A stretch of DNA of 59,830 bases, the filler included, from Squatina squatina (lineage: Eukaryota), in assembly GCA_031763465.1 (NCBI GenBank). It is 3 parts of 2 records of this genome, joined end to end, with 100 filler letters (N's around TTAATTAATTAA, not from the genome) between each part and the next. Parts side by side here need not be neighbours in the genome. Positions count along the whole stretch, not along the records: positions 17,154 to 38,937 come from JARFOE010000016.1; 2 more parts are not named here. One strand, written 5' to 3'. Positions within the stretch are counted from its first letter, which is position 1; every line of letters begins with the position of its first letter. Positions 25,564-38,326 of the stretch are shown piece by piece. The notes under the pieces were generated by a model. The model saw only the letters and a program-made list of their open reading frames with translations. It made no database searches and had not been told where the DNA came from. Position numbers and translations under genes: made by a program.

Positions 25564-25726
25564 CTGTCAGGGGTCCTTCGTTTACCATTCTCATTCACTT
25601 CCAGCAGGATTTCTGAGGAGTCAATGGGTGAGGTGCTATTGGCATCGAGAAGCAGCTGTTCATGCTGGGCCAGGTACTGTGCTGGTGTTTGCTTTGCCAG
25701 CCGAGCACAGTGAAGGAGTTCCCGCT
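25564..25726 (-). CDS. CBFA2T3: CBFA2T3 exon (end of NHR1/TAFH domain), 5' part lost in gap
   Basis: [53 protein letters not shown](R)|gtgggt. Confidence 0.93.
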
Positions 25727-26571
25727 NNNNNNNNNNNNNNNNNNNNNNNNNNNNNNNNNNNNNNNNNNNNNNNNNNNNNNNNNNNNNNNNNNNNNNNNNN
25801 NNNNNNNNNNNNNNNNNNNNNNNNNNACTGCCCAGATGCCAGTGCCAGGAGATGACACCATGCTCCTGATCGGCCCACAGTGGCAGGGGAAGGAGGTGGT
25901 GTAGAGGAACCAGGTCTTTTGGGAAGACTGAAAAAATATAAACACACTTTAAATAAATGCTTGCGTACTCACCCATTTCAATTCACATCTGCTGGGACTG
26001 CCAGAGTAACGTGGCCCCAAACTGCTAGTGCGATCCCTGTGGGGACAGGGCTGATGTCACACAGTCCTCCCCTTCATGTCATGTGGCTGGCATGAGCAGG
26101 AAGTACAAGTTATTAATAGGAGTTTGTGTTTGCAGCTGTGAGTGTGTACACAGCTACTCCACGGACATCTGCAACCTCACCACTACAGGCATCGAGCAGG
26201 GTTTTAACCTCCAACACCTGCAATGCTCAGCACCAGCAGCAATCTTACGACTCGATTCTGACTAAAGGCGGCACCAACATTTAAAATACTGATGTTTTTT
26301 CATCATTGATCTAGTGGTCAGTATAGAATATAAGAAATCGGAGGTGGAGTAGGCCATTCGGCCCCTCGAGCCTGCTCTGCCATTCCCCATATAGGGGCCA
26401 CTCTCTATTGAAAATCATTTTCAATAAAGATAGTGGGAAATTAAGGAAGAAGACAACAACCAACGCAGGTGCCTGGCTATTCAGGGTGAGGACAGAGAGT
26501 GGATATACCGAGACCTGGGCTGGGACACACAAGAACTGCACTCATGAGTCCAAGTCTCTTTTTCCCCCAGG

Positions 26572-27094
26572 TCGTAACCCTTACCCTGCTGAATGAATAG
26601 TAACTGCACTGTTACACAGGGAGTAAACCTTACCCTGCTGAATGAATAGTAAATCTATTGTAACACAGGGAGTAACCCTTACCCTGCTGAATGAATAGTA
26701 ACTGCACTGTTACACAGGGAGTAACCCTTACCCTGCTAAATGAATAGTAACTGCACTGTAACACAGGGAGTATAACGCTTACCCTGCTGAATGAATAGTA
26801 ACTGCACTGTTACACAGGGAGTAAACCCTTACCCTGCTGAATGAATAGTAACTGCACTGTTACACAGGGAGTATAACATTTACCCTGCTGAATGAATAGT
26901 AACTCCACTGTAACACAGGAAGTAACCCTTACCCTGCTGAATGAATAGTAAATCCATTGTTACACAGGGAGTAACCCTTACCCTGCTGAATGAATAGTAA
27001 CTGCACTGTTACACAGGGAGTAACCCTTACCCTGCTGAATGAATAGTAACTGCACTGTTACACAGGGAGTATAACGCTTACCCTGCTGAATGAA
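26572..27094. repeat. Minisatellite, ~47-51 bp unit gtaacccttaccctgctgaatgaatagtaactgcactgttacacaggga
   Basis: About 10-11 near-identical tandem copies with no unique spacers. Confidence 0.95.
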
Positions 27095-27194
27095 NNNNNN
27101 NNNNNNNNNNNNNNNNNNNNNNNNNNNNNNNNNNNNNNNNNNNNNNNNNNNNNNNNNNNNNNNNNNNNNNNNNNNNNNNNNNNNNNNNNNNNNN

Positions 27195-28461
27195 ACATTC
27201 ACAGGAAACCCTATCACCCACACATATTCACAGGAAACCCCATCACCCTCACACACTCACAGGAACCTCCACCATCCTCACACATTCACAGGAAACCCCA
27301 TCACACAAACATATTCACAGGAAACCCCATCACCCAAACACATTCTCAGCAACTCGCATCACACAAACTCACTCACAGGAACCTCCATTACCCTCACACA
27401 TTCACAGGAAGCATAATCACCCTCACACATTCACAGGAACCCCCGTCATACACACACTATCACAGGAAACCCCAACACCCACACACAATCACAGGAAACC
27501 CCATCACACACACACATTCACAGTCAACCCGATCACACACACCCATTCACAGGAAACCGCATTACACACACACACATTCACAGCAACCCCCATTACACAC
27601 ACATATTCACAGGAAACCCCATCACACACAGACACATTCACAGGAAACCCCATCACACACACACATTCACAGGAAACCCCATCACCCACACACATTCACA
27701 GGAAACCCCATCTCACACACACACATTCACAGGAACCCTCATTACAAACACACACTCACAGAAACCCCCATCACCCACACACATTCACAGGAACGCCCAT
27801 CACACACACTGATTCACAGAAACACCCATCACCCAAACACATTCACAGGAAACCCCATAATCCTCACACATTCACAGAAACGCCATTCACCCTCTCACAT
27901 TCACAGGAAACCCCATCACCAACAAATATTCACAGGAAACCCCATCACCCACACACATTCACAGGAACCCCCAACACCGACACACATTCACAGGAAACCC
28001 CATCACCCTCAGACATTCAGAGGAAACCCCATCACACACACACATTCACAGGAAACACCAGCACCCACACACATTCACAGGAAACCCCATCATCCATACA
28101 CATTCACAGGAATCTCCATCACCCACACACATTCACAGGAACCCCCATCACACGCACACATTCACAGAAACTCCCATCACCCAAACACATTGACAGGAAA
28201 CCCCATCACCCTCACACATTCACAGAAACCCCCATCACCCTCACACATTCACAGGAAACCCCATCACACACACACATTCACAGGAAACCCCATCACCCAC
28301 ACTCATTTCCAGGAAATCCCAACACCCAAACACATTCACAGGAACCCCCATCACCCTCACACATTCACAGGAACCCCCATCACACACACACATTCACAGG
28401 AAACCCCATCACCCAAACACAATCACAGGAAACCCCATCACCCACACAACTTCACAGGAAA
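27195..28461. repeat. Minisatellite, ~29-31 bp unit cacattcacaggaaaccccatcacccaca
   Basis: About 40 imperfect tandem copies. Confidence 0.95.
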
Positions 28462-29369
28462 CAGGGAGGTTTGTACATTCCTATACTGACTGCGCGCGAG
28501 AGCGTACCATCAAACACTCACCGGCAAATACGTTACTGCAGAATTCTCCGGTGGGATCATTCCCGGCCCTTTCATACAGTGACACACAGTTCGCAATCCC
28601 TGCCTTTACTGTGTAAGGATGATCAGCAGTCCTCACACTGGGTCAGCGTGGCAACTTCACAACAGAAACTAAATTAAAACTGGCAAAAAGAAATGAATCT
28701 GCAACTTTGGAGTTGGAGTAAATCTCACCCTGCAGTGGACCAGCTGTTTAACTCATTTCTGATGCGCTTCCCAGAGCAGCTCGAGCCGGGGGAGTCTTGG
28801 TTTCTGGCCAAGACTTTCGCTGAGGGAGGTGGCGGGTGTGCTGTGGGTGGAGATGCACTTTCTGTCACAGGGGAAACGGCAGGCCTGCGCTGAGTGATAA
28901 AGCGCTGAGACACAGCAACAGTTTCCCAGCCAGGAACCAGCTGTGACCAAACCCATCATTTCTTCCCCTCCTGTAATTCCGGCACCAGCTTCCCACAACT
29001 TCCCTCTCGACATAAACTAGTGTCAGTGCTGGGGTACCTGCCCAGTATCGTAGGCAAAGGTCCAGAGCAAACAGTCGGAGACCACCCCACACCCTACCAC
29101 CAAAGCTTGCGGTCCTGGAGGGCATTATTGAATGGGGTTAGGAGCACAGATTCAAGCCAAATAAACACAGGTTTATTCGTCCATCAAATCACTGGTGAGA
29201 AAATAGCAAGATAAAAGCAGCTGTCAATAACAGAACAGAGCCGGAGGTGGGCACTTCCCTTTACAGTGCATATAAAAGGGAGAAGTACACGGAGGGCAAG
29301 TCTCTTGGTCAAGTTGATTCCAAGGCGATCTTGTTAATTGTGCTAATCTCAGGGATGTGTTACTACGCC

Positions 29370-29538
29370 AGACAGGAACTCTGCTGCCTATATCCTAAAT
29401 CGCACCAAGTCCCATGCACCCATTGCTCCCTGTGCTTATTGACCTCGATTGACCCCCGGTCCAGCCACGCCCCAAATTTAAAATTCTCATCCTTGTGTTC
29501 AAATCCCTCCCCATCTCGAAACCTCCTCCAGCCAGACA
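29370..29538 (+). mobile_element. L2 LINE fragment
   Basis: aactctgctgcc..atcct..cgcaccaagtcc..tttaaaattctcatccttgtgttcaaatccctcc, the same family as 34585-35470. Confidence 0.7.
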
Positions 29539-30171
29539 NNNNNNNNNNNNNNNNNNNNNNNNNNNNNNNNNNNNNNNNNNNNNNNNNNNNNNNNNNNNNN
29601 NNNNNNNNNNNNNNNNNNNNNNNNNNNNNNNNNNNNNNGTTTGCCAGTTTAATTATAGATAACAGTTACTTCACATGGAGAAAAGGGAAGCAAGGTCAAT
29701 CATTCAACACAAGAGAGAGGAGCAGTGTTATCAGAGGAAGCAAAGAACAGTGACACGCACTTATTACAGACACGTCCTTCAGGGAAGGACTAGGCAGGGG
29801 CAGAGAGGCAGCAAGCTGATCAGTAACACGGTTCATAACATCGAGAGAATTGAGAAAAAAAATACTATTTGAAGTTTGGGCTCATCGTTATGTGGCAGGT
29901 ATGAATATCACAAGCGATTGACAATGGTGCTAATCGGAGCTGGGTTAAGCATACTGCCCCTCCCCCCCGCCCCCCACTACTCGGGGAAAAGATTCAAACC
30001 CAACTCCAGCCCCATGGGGATGGAATTCTAGTCCAACACCAGGCCTAGGTGAGGTGGGGGAAATTCTGACAACATCCACATTGGCAGCGGGTGGGTGGCA
30101 GAGGGTATGCAAAGAGAAGATTCAGCCCCAGAGGCTCCGACATTGCAACATTCCGTCTCCAGGCACCCACT

Positions 30172-30860
30172 GATATCTAACCCGAGCAGTACCTGCCCTG
30201 GGAGTGTTTGATGGGAGTGTAGATAGAGGGAGCTTTACTCTGTATCTAACCCATGCTGTAACTGCCATGGGAGTGTTTGATGGGACAGGTTTGTCTTCTT
30301 AGGCAGTCCCTCGGATTCGAGGATGATTTGCTTCCACTCTGGAGTTGTGGGTTCGTTCTTAATTCGTTCCTGGGATGAGAGTGTCGCTGACAAGCATTTA
30401 TTGCCCATCCCTAGTTGCTCTTGAGTGGTGATGAGCCGCCTTCTTGAACCGCTCCAGTCCTTGTGAAGGAACTCCCACAGTGTTGTTCAGGAAGGAGTTC
30501 CAGGATCTTGACCCAGTGACGACGANNNNNNNNNNNNNNNNNNNNNNNNNNNNNNNNNNNNNNNNNNNNNNNNNNNNNNNNNNNNNNNNNNNNNNNNNNN
30601 NNNNNNNNNNNNNNNNNNNNNNNNNAACAGTCTGGTTCAGCCTCAGACAGTGACGAGAGAGAAGGATGGAGTCGGTAGCGGGGAAAGAGGAAAATGGCTT
30701 CGCTCATCAGGACTGGGTGTCGGACAAGTAGAGGCAGTGGAGGGGTCGAGAGAGTTGGTGGCGGGGTAGAGCTGGGTATTGTGAATGTACATGTGGAACC
30801 TGACATTTAATGTTTTCGGATGATGTCCCCGAGGGGCAGCATGTAGATGAGAAATAGGAT
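30172..30860. mobile_element. Nested repeat cluster: shark tandem unit, RTE tail (-), LINE 3' end (-), L2 fragment (-)
   Basis: 30172-30288 repeat unit; 30292-30345 RTE-type tail tcttcttaggcagtccctc..gaggatga; 30360-30525 antisense copy of the 20732 element; 30627-30860 antisense L2. Confidence 0.7.
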
Positions 30861-31500
30861 CCTTGGGGAATCTGAAAGACCCTTCTTCAAATGAATGAAT
30901 TAGATCAGAGTTCGTTGAGCGATTGCAGGCCGAGCAGACACTCTGACTGTAACAGCATATTAGGCCATGCTAATATCTTCATAATTGCCCCCTTGCAACT
31001 GTTAAACAAAGAGCGGCCATGACAGGCTGTAATTATTTCTTGTTATCTTACATTAAATATTAAACGCGTACCCTGTCTACCGGCAGATTTACCGTCATTT
31101 CAGATAATGTCAAAGGACGCGATTTAATTATGCAAAGTCATTCACATTCCAGCACTGCCTCGGCTCTGCAATTAGTGTCGGATATTATTGTGCTCCCTCT
31201 AATCTTGAAGGTACAGAAATGCATTAAAAATACAGTTGCTCTGATCTAGTTGAAATGTGACGGGAATTGCTTGTCTGGATGCAGGTCTCACTTCCCAAGT
31301 GCAGACTCCAGAATCTGCCCTCAATCTTCATTGAGCCCCACCACCCCTGGTGTTTGCTCCAAGAGAGATCACTTCAAACTTGCAGTGGGATTTCACTTTG
31401 NNNNNNNNNNNNNNNNNNNNNNNNNNNNNNNNNNNNNNNNNNNNNNNNNNNNNNNNNNNNNNNNNNNNNNNNNNNNNNNNNNNNNNNNNNNNNNNNNNNN

Positions 31501-32137
31501 TGTAAAGACCAATGAAAGCCTCTGGAGGAGCTTGGGCACAACAACATCCTCATTCACAAGAACAGAACAGGTATTCACCAGAGCTGCCAACTTCGCAGAC
31601 AGACTTGCAATTGTAGATGATAACGGACAGTACACATACAGGGATCTGTACAGACACAGCCTGAGCCTTTCGAAGAAGATTCAAAGTGCATTGGGATGTT
31701 CTGATGGCGACATCAAGGAGCAGAGAATTTCAATCCTATGTCCCAATGATGTTTCTTATGTGGTTGCCCAGTGGGCCTCTTGGATGAGTGGTGGTGTGGC
31801 AGTGCCCCTGTGCAGAAAGCATCCGGCTCCAGAGCTCGAGTATGTTGTTCAGGATTCTCAGAGTGCTTTAATCATTGTGGAGGAGAACTACATGGAGCTG
31901 GTGACTCCAGTCGCTGACAGACTAAATGTGAAATGCCTTCTGTTACAAAGTTACAGTCTGTCCCAAGAATCTTCCCCTGATACTGTACAACCGGAGCGAT
32001 GTGCTGATGCTCCTGTGGCAGATGCCGGTTATGTTGGCACAGACTGGAGTTCCAGAGGAGCCATGATAATGTATACCAGCGGGACAACAGGGCCGCCCAA
32101 AGGAGTCCTCACCACCCATGGCATCCTGCGCAGTCAG
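31501..32137 (+). CDS. ACSF3: ACSF3 large first coding exon (malonyl-CoA synthetase, AMP-binding), 5' end in gap
   Basis: VFTRAANFADRLAIVDDNGQYTYRDLY..RISILCPNDVSYVVAQWASWMSGGVAVPLCRKHP..GAMIMYTSGTTGPPKGVLTTH..Q|gtgact, containing the adenylate-forming motif YTSGTTGxPKG. Lies between CBFA2T3 and CDH15. Confidence 0.95.
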
Positions 32138-33663
32138 GTGACTTCCTTCCTTTGTTGTTTTCTTCCTTCCACTATCCATTGCCTGAGCTCTATTTGTGCT
32201 GCTCTTCAGCTGGTTACCAGGAGGTGTGTCCAAACACAGGGCCCTGATTCAATGGCCTCCANNNNNNNNNNGTTGCCAATTTCATGGTGCCAAGTTCCGA
32301 GGCCTCCACTGTGGGGCACTTCATTAACATATTTAAATCGGGCTTTCAAAGTGCAATTGGGAGCCCAGTTTAAATGTTACAGTTACTGCATGGGATTCTT
32401 AGGTGTCCGGAAAGCCGGCAGTGAAAGGGAGGTGAGAGATGCCTTTTACAGCACTCCTTGGGGACCAGGAGGCCTCCCCTTTACCGATTTGTGGCCTCTC
32501 TCTCTCCCGCTCGCTGCGATTGCTGACACCCCCCACCCCCCAAGTCTCCAAGTGACTTATGGAATTTTGCATATGTGTCATTAAATAATAGTGGAGTGGA
32601 GGGGGATATTGGGTCAATCTGTCCATATTGGTAGCCGTGATGCAACATATTGATATAATAAGGCCACCAAATGAGAGGACGCATGTTCATTCACTCTGAT
32701 ACCCTTTGGTTTTTTAAGTATTAAACAGTGTTGATAAGGTGAGCCCAGAATATTATTTCAAGGTCAATCAAGCAAGAGGGATCAAAGAACATTATTTAGG
32801 TTAGTGAAACGTAAATGTAAAGTTAACATTAAAAATATCTCAAATCCAAGGCTGATAAATGTTTGGATTAATATTGGGTGTTGGGGAAGCTTAAGTATCA
32901 GAGAGATGAACTTTAATGCGCTGAAGGCCTTTTCTTATCCTTGACATTCCATATGCTGGTACCATAGTGGGCATTATTCTGAGCTTAGTGTCAAAGCACA
33001 ATGTTAGGGCAGAGTAGAAGGAGGTTAACTTTATACCTGGATCATGCTGTACCTGAGTTTGGAGTGCTTTATGCTAATGCTGGGATGTCCAAAGTGACAA
33101 ACTTCCATTCCCTAATGATGTCTCTCCGAGTGATATAAATGCATGCATTTCAGGAAAAAAAATCAGGTTTGAGATTGTCGCCAGCCAACTTATTTTGGCA
33201 AGGATGTGCTGACAAGTTATTCTGTTAAGTGATTGGTATTTCACTTTTGTTGCCAGAGAAACACATCAATATTTCACCGATCGCATTTGCCTCACAACCA
33301 GATCAAAAATGGAATGAATCCTACACAGGTCGAATGGAAAACTGGCCTTTAAATCAGGATTTCAGCCAATTAGGTCCAAATTTTAAAAGACAGATGTCCC
33401 AGCCCCAGAATGGGCAATAGGGTGGAGAAATCAGAAGACAACAGGGAAGTGGCTAGAAATGGCAAGTGTACTTAAAAACAAATGAAAACAAAGGATGAAA
33501 TCGAGAGCATACAGATAATAGGTAATAACAAAGAAAAAGTTAAAAGTAAGGAAAAAAAGGAAANNNNNNNNNNNNNNNNNNNNNNNNNNNNNNNNNNNNN
33601 NNNNNNNNNNNNNNNNNNNNNNNNNNNNNNNNNNNNNNNNNNNNNNNNNNNNNNNNNNNNNNN

Positions 33664-33870
33664 GGAGTGGGTCTGTGTGCAGGGTCTGTAGGGAGGAGTG
33701 GGTCTGTGTGCAGGGTCTGTAGGGAGGAGTGGGTCTGTGTACAGGGTCTGTAGGGAGGAGTGGATCTGTGTACAGGGGCTGTAGGGAGGAGCGGGTCTGT
33801 GCACAGGGTCTGTAGGGAGGAGTGGGTCTGTGCACAGGGTCTGTAGGAAGGAGCGGGTCTGTGTACAGGT
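33664..33870. repeat. G-rich minisatellite, ~30 bp unit ggagtgggtctgtgtgcagggtctgtaggga
   Basis: About 7 tandem copies. Confidence 0.92.
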
Positions 33871-34584
33871 TCATTTGGGATGAGCGGGTCTCTGTATGGG
33901 CTGTTGGAAAGACTGATCTCAATGAGCTGAATGCCCTTTCCTAGATGTGACTGGAGTGTTACTCATATTTTATGTTAATGAGTTCTTAAAATGGTTTGGT
34001 GGTAACGGTCTGTAATTCTGCACCATCTGTACCTGTAGCGGAGTAGCTGTTAAAAGGCCCACAGTGTGACTGTGTTAGAATGTTATGCAAAATGATTTCC
34101 TACTTACAGAGTAAGCTAAACACTCCAGCTGCCAGCAATACATTCATCAAATCGGAATTCAGCTGTCCCAGTTTAATTTAGCTCCGAGATGTTTTTTACT
34201 GACTGGAACAGCAGTGGTTCGAAATACCTGCTTCACTTCAGAACGGCTTCAAATTCGTTCCAACATCATAGTGGAGTCAGTGTCTGGACTATCACAGCAT
34301 AAGTTGCAGAGCTGACCCCAGCAGCAGCGGGAAGGTGGAGCTGGGGCTGGTACAGGCGCAATGATTAAAGCGTTTCACAGACGTGTAATTTTGTGATGTG
34401 ATTACAGTGGAAGGTTGGAAGCAGGAGTTCCTGTGGGGACCAGGAGATCCCTTTATCCAACCATCTCCTATAAACAAACTGCAATATATGGGAGAAAACG
34501 AGTGCCTAAGTACAGGATCTGTTTGCTTTATTTAATCCGTTCTCTACCAATGTTTGTGTTAGTTATTTCCTCTTCAGCCAGGGA

Positions 34585-35470
34585 TTCTGACCTACATTGG
34601 CTCCCGGTTAAGCAATGCCTCAATTTAAAAATTCTAATCCTTCTTTACAAATCTCTCCATGACCTCACCCTTCCCTATCTCTGAAACCTCCTCCCAGCCC
34701 TACAAACCCCCAAGATCTCTGCGTTCCTCTAGATGAGCAGAAATTCTCTCCACTTAAATATTGGGAAGACCGAACCCGTTGGTTTTGGTCCCTGCCACAA
34801 GCTCTGTTCACTAGCCACTGACTCCGTCCCTCTCCCTAACATTTGTCTCAGGCTGAACCACACTGTTCGCACCCTTGGAGCCTGTATTTGACCCTGGGAT
34901 GAGCTTCCGACCACAATATTCCCTGTCATTTTGATTTGTGCATGAGCAGCATCTCTTGCAGCTTGTGAGCGACCTGCACGGGACCTTCTGAACACTGCCT
35001 GGCCGTACACCAACGCAGCTCAGGGGGATCTTTGCTGATCACATACCCTGTCCATCACCAAGGCCGCCTTCCACCTTTGTAACATTGCCCGACTCCGCCC
35101 ACCCCTGCCTCAGCCATCCACGGCTGAAACCTTCATCCATACCTTTGTTGTCCCGAGACTCGACTTAACCAATGCATTCCTGGCTTGCCTCTCTTCACTC
35201 TTCAGCTCATCCCAAACTCTGCTGCCCGGGTCTTGCCTTGTACCGAGTCCTGTTCACCCTGTCCCCCCTCACCGTGCTCGCTGACCTACATTGGCACCCG
35301 GTCCGGCAACGTCTCGATTTTAAAATTCTCATCCTTGTTTTCCAATCCCTCCATGACCTCGCCCCTCCATATTTCTGTAACCCCCTCCAGCTCCACAACC
35401 CCTGACATCTCTGTGCTCCTCCAATTCTGGCCTCTGGCGCATTCCCCGATTTCAATCGCTCCACCATTGC
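34585..35470 (+). mobile_element. Cluster of L2 LINE RT/3' fragments
   Basis: DLHWLPVKQCLNLKILILLYKSLHDL and LADLHWHPVRQRLDFKILILVFQSLHDLAP motifs, plus NFLHLNIGKTE. Confidence 0.82.
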
Positions 35471-35496
35471 TTTTACCCATCCCTACACACCTGCCG

Positions 35497-35590
35497 TCTC
35501 TCTCTCTCTCTCTCTCTCTCTCTACCTTTGTGTGACTCTCTCTCTGTCTATCTCTCCCTATCTCTGTAGGTCTCTCGCTGCCTCTCTCTT
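35497..35590. repeat. (CT)n microsatellite, degenerate
   Basis: A pure ct run at 35497-35523 with degenerate continuation. Confidence 0.85.
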
Positions 35591-35591
35591 T

Positions 35592-36350
35592 ATGCACTCC
35601 CTCTATGGCAAGTACATCCTTTCTCAGGTAAGGAGACCAAAACTGTACACAATACTCCAGGTGTGGTCTCACCAAGCCCCTGTATAGTTGTAGTAAGACA
35701 TCCTTGCTCTTGTACTCAAATCCTCTTGCAATGTAGGCCAACATCCCATTTGCCTTCCTAACTGCTTGTTACACCTGCATGTTTGCTTTCAGTGANNNNN
35801 NNNNNNNNNNNNNNNNNNNNNNNNNNNNNNNNNNNNNNNNNNNNNNNNNNNNNNNNNNNNNNNNNNNNNNNNNNNNNNNNNNNNNNNNNNNNNNNGCTGA
35901 GGCCTAACTAGTGATTTGTGAAGGTTTAGCATGATTTCCGTGTTTTTGTGCTCAATGCTCTTGTTTACAAAGCCACACACTTTCTGGGAACCTCATCAAC
36001 TTGCCCTGCCATCTTCAAGGCTTTGTGAACATGCACGCCCAGGTCCCTCTTCTCTTGCACACACCTGAAAATAATACCATTTCGATTATACTGCTTCTCC
36101 ATGTTGTTCTTCCCAAAATGCATAACTTCACACTTATCTGCATTAAATTGCATCTGCCCATTTCACCAGCCTGTTTCTGTCCTCCTGAAGTCTGCTACTA
36201 TCCTGCTCACTATTTATTATGTTGCCAAGTTTTGTATCAACCGCAATCTTCGAAACTGCGCTCCCTATACCCCAGTCCAGGTCATTTCTATACAACAAGA
36301 TAAGCAGTGCTTCAATACCAACCCCTGGGAGACCCCACTGCATACTTCTC
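35592..36350 (-). mobile_element. CR1 LINE RT fragments (two pieces across a gap)
   Basis: MLAYIARGFEYKSKDVLLQLYRGLVRPHLEYCVQFWSPYLRKDVLAIEGV; MQFNADKCEVMHFG; NDLDWGIGSAVSKIAVDTKLG. Confidence 0.9.
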
Positions 36351-37839
36351 TCCAGTCAGTATTGTTTAGGAAGCTAAGATTGCCTGTTTGTATGTTTTGG
36401 GAACGCTGTCATTCCCTGTCTGGATGTTTTGGGAATGCTGTCATTCCCTGTGAGGATGAGTTGTTCTGCTGTCTTAATGCAGGATAGATGAGGCAGTGGC
36501 TTCTCTGTTATATCATGGGGTCCTTATCTTTTCCTGGTAATTTATTAGTGACCTCACATAATAATTCCCCGCTCCAAATACACAGTGGAATTAGCTGATG
36601 CATTTAACATGGGGGATTGCCGAACCATGTGGCTCCTCTCCTCAGAGGGTTAACAGCAGCCTGTACATTGCTGACCAACTCCGATCTCAGAACCAGCAGT
36701 AACTCTTGTGCTGAAGTAAGGGTTTGATTAACCTGCCGCGGAGATATTGCAAGTTAGGTTTGTTTGCATCTGGACAGGGGTCATTTATAATATTGCACTT
36801 GGAATATGTTAAAACCCAGCGAGCCAGCTGTGCTTAAGAAAATATCAATTTGCAGCCTCCAGCTGCTTTCTAATGACACTGATTTCAGTGGACGAAATGA
36901 TCCATCCTCCCTTGAGTTTCCTCTGATTAGAGAATTCCACACAGCGTGTCAGCATCGAATGCACAGGCAGCCGCTGTAATTAGCCTTAGCTGAGTGCTGC
37001 CTGGGGTTTGCTTTTACCCGGTTTGGAGAGGGAAGGAAAATGGTTGCAAGTTTACTGTCCTTCAACCTGTGGGATTGGGCTGCTTTGACTGTTGGGGTAT
37101 CTCCCATTAACCTGTGGTGGGTCAAATGGCCCTGCTTCCAACTGCACCCCCGGGTTGTTTATTGACCCCCAAACAGGAGTGGTAATATTGGGCATGGTAT
37201 AATTCAGGAAATCAGAGGTGTATGTAACAAGGGTAATACAGTAATCANNNNNNNNNNNNNNNNNNNNNNNNNNNNNNNNNNNNNNNNNNNNNNNNNNNNN
37301 NNNNNNNNNNNNNNNNNNNNNNNNNNNNNNNNNNNNNNNNNNNNNNNCCAACAGCAGGCAGATATTTCACGTGGGGCGGGACCACAGGCAGCACAAATTT
37401 TCTGTGCGTGAATCTTTCACAGGGAGCGCAGAATGACAGCCTGTGACAGGCTGCCCTCTTGTATTTCTGAGTGTGCGGCACAGCGTGATATTCTTATATT
37501 ACAGCCTGTGGGAGGTGGCCTGATTCCACTTCTAAAAATACTGAACTTGGAGCAAAAAAAGTCATCTTAAACTAAATTTAAAACATTTATCAGTACTTCA
37601 TGTTCAGGTACATGTTGCCCCTATTTCTAATGAGTGCCACACTCTCCCCTGCACGTTATGGGCTGTCCCAGGTATCTAAACAGGTGGGTCCCAGCTCACG
37701 GACTAACTGCTCACTGCACTGTGTCCCTTGGGTATCTACTTCAACACCACACCCACCTCTCAGTCTGACATGGGCTGCGCCTTAAACTTTCCACTTTGTT
37801 TTGAATATATTTTTGAACCTGTAATAGGATGGCCTGAGT

Positions 37840-38182
37840 CACATTTATGCAGCGCCTACAATGTATTAAAATGGCCCAAGGCGCTTCTCAGGAGCAATTA
37901 TCAAACAAAATTTTCCTCCGAGCCACATAAGGAGATATTAGTGACCAAAAGCTTGGACAAAGGCAGGTTTTAAGAAGCATCTTTTGGGAGGAGAGGCAGA
38001 GAGATTTTGGGAGGGAATTCCAGAGTTTAGGGTCCAGGCAGCTTAAGGCCGTAAACAATTAGAGGAGCGCAGAGATCTCGGGAATTTTGGGGCTGGAGGA
38101 GGTTACAGAGATAGGGAGGGGTGAAGGGGCTGGAGGAGGTTGCAAAGATAAGGAGGGGTGTAGGGACTGCAGGAGTTTACAG
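37840..38182 (-). mobile_element. L2 LINE 3' fragment, antisense
   Basis: gggagggaattccagagtttagggtccaggcagct is the reverse complement of the L2 LWNSLP region; tail acatttatgcagcgcc. Confidence 0.7.
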
Positions 38183-38326
38183 NNNNNNNNNNNNNNNNNN
38201 NNNNNNNNNNNNNNNNNNNNNNNNNNNNNNNNNNNNNNNNNNNNNNNNNNNNNNNNNNNNNNNNNNNNNNNNNNNNNNNNNNTGCAGGGAGAGGCTGGAG
38301 ATAAATTCTATTTATTTTGTCAACAG

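Noticed and set aside
25972-26095. Additional CBFA2T3 coding exon ending at gtgagt
   Set aside because: A good donor is present, but no frame resembles ETO-family protein; left uncalled.
26572-27094. CRISPR array
   Set aside because: Units are head-to-tail with no unique spacers, there are no cas genes, and the context is vertebrate.
27504-28489. His/Thr/Pro-rich or Cys/Val-rich repeat proteins
   Set aside because: Translations of a minisatellite with variable unit length; no splice signals.
31250-32584. 444-aa intronless or bacterial-type acyl-CoA synthetase (HGT)
   Set aside because: The ORF spans N gaps and runs past a donor at 32137; sequence and synteny match vertebrate ACSF3.
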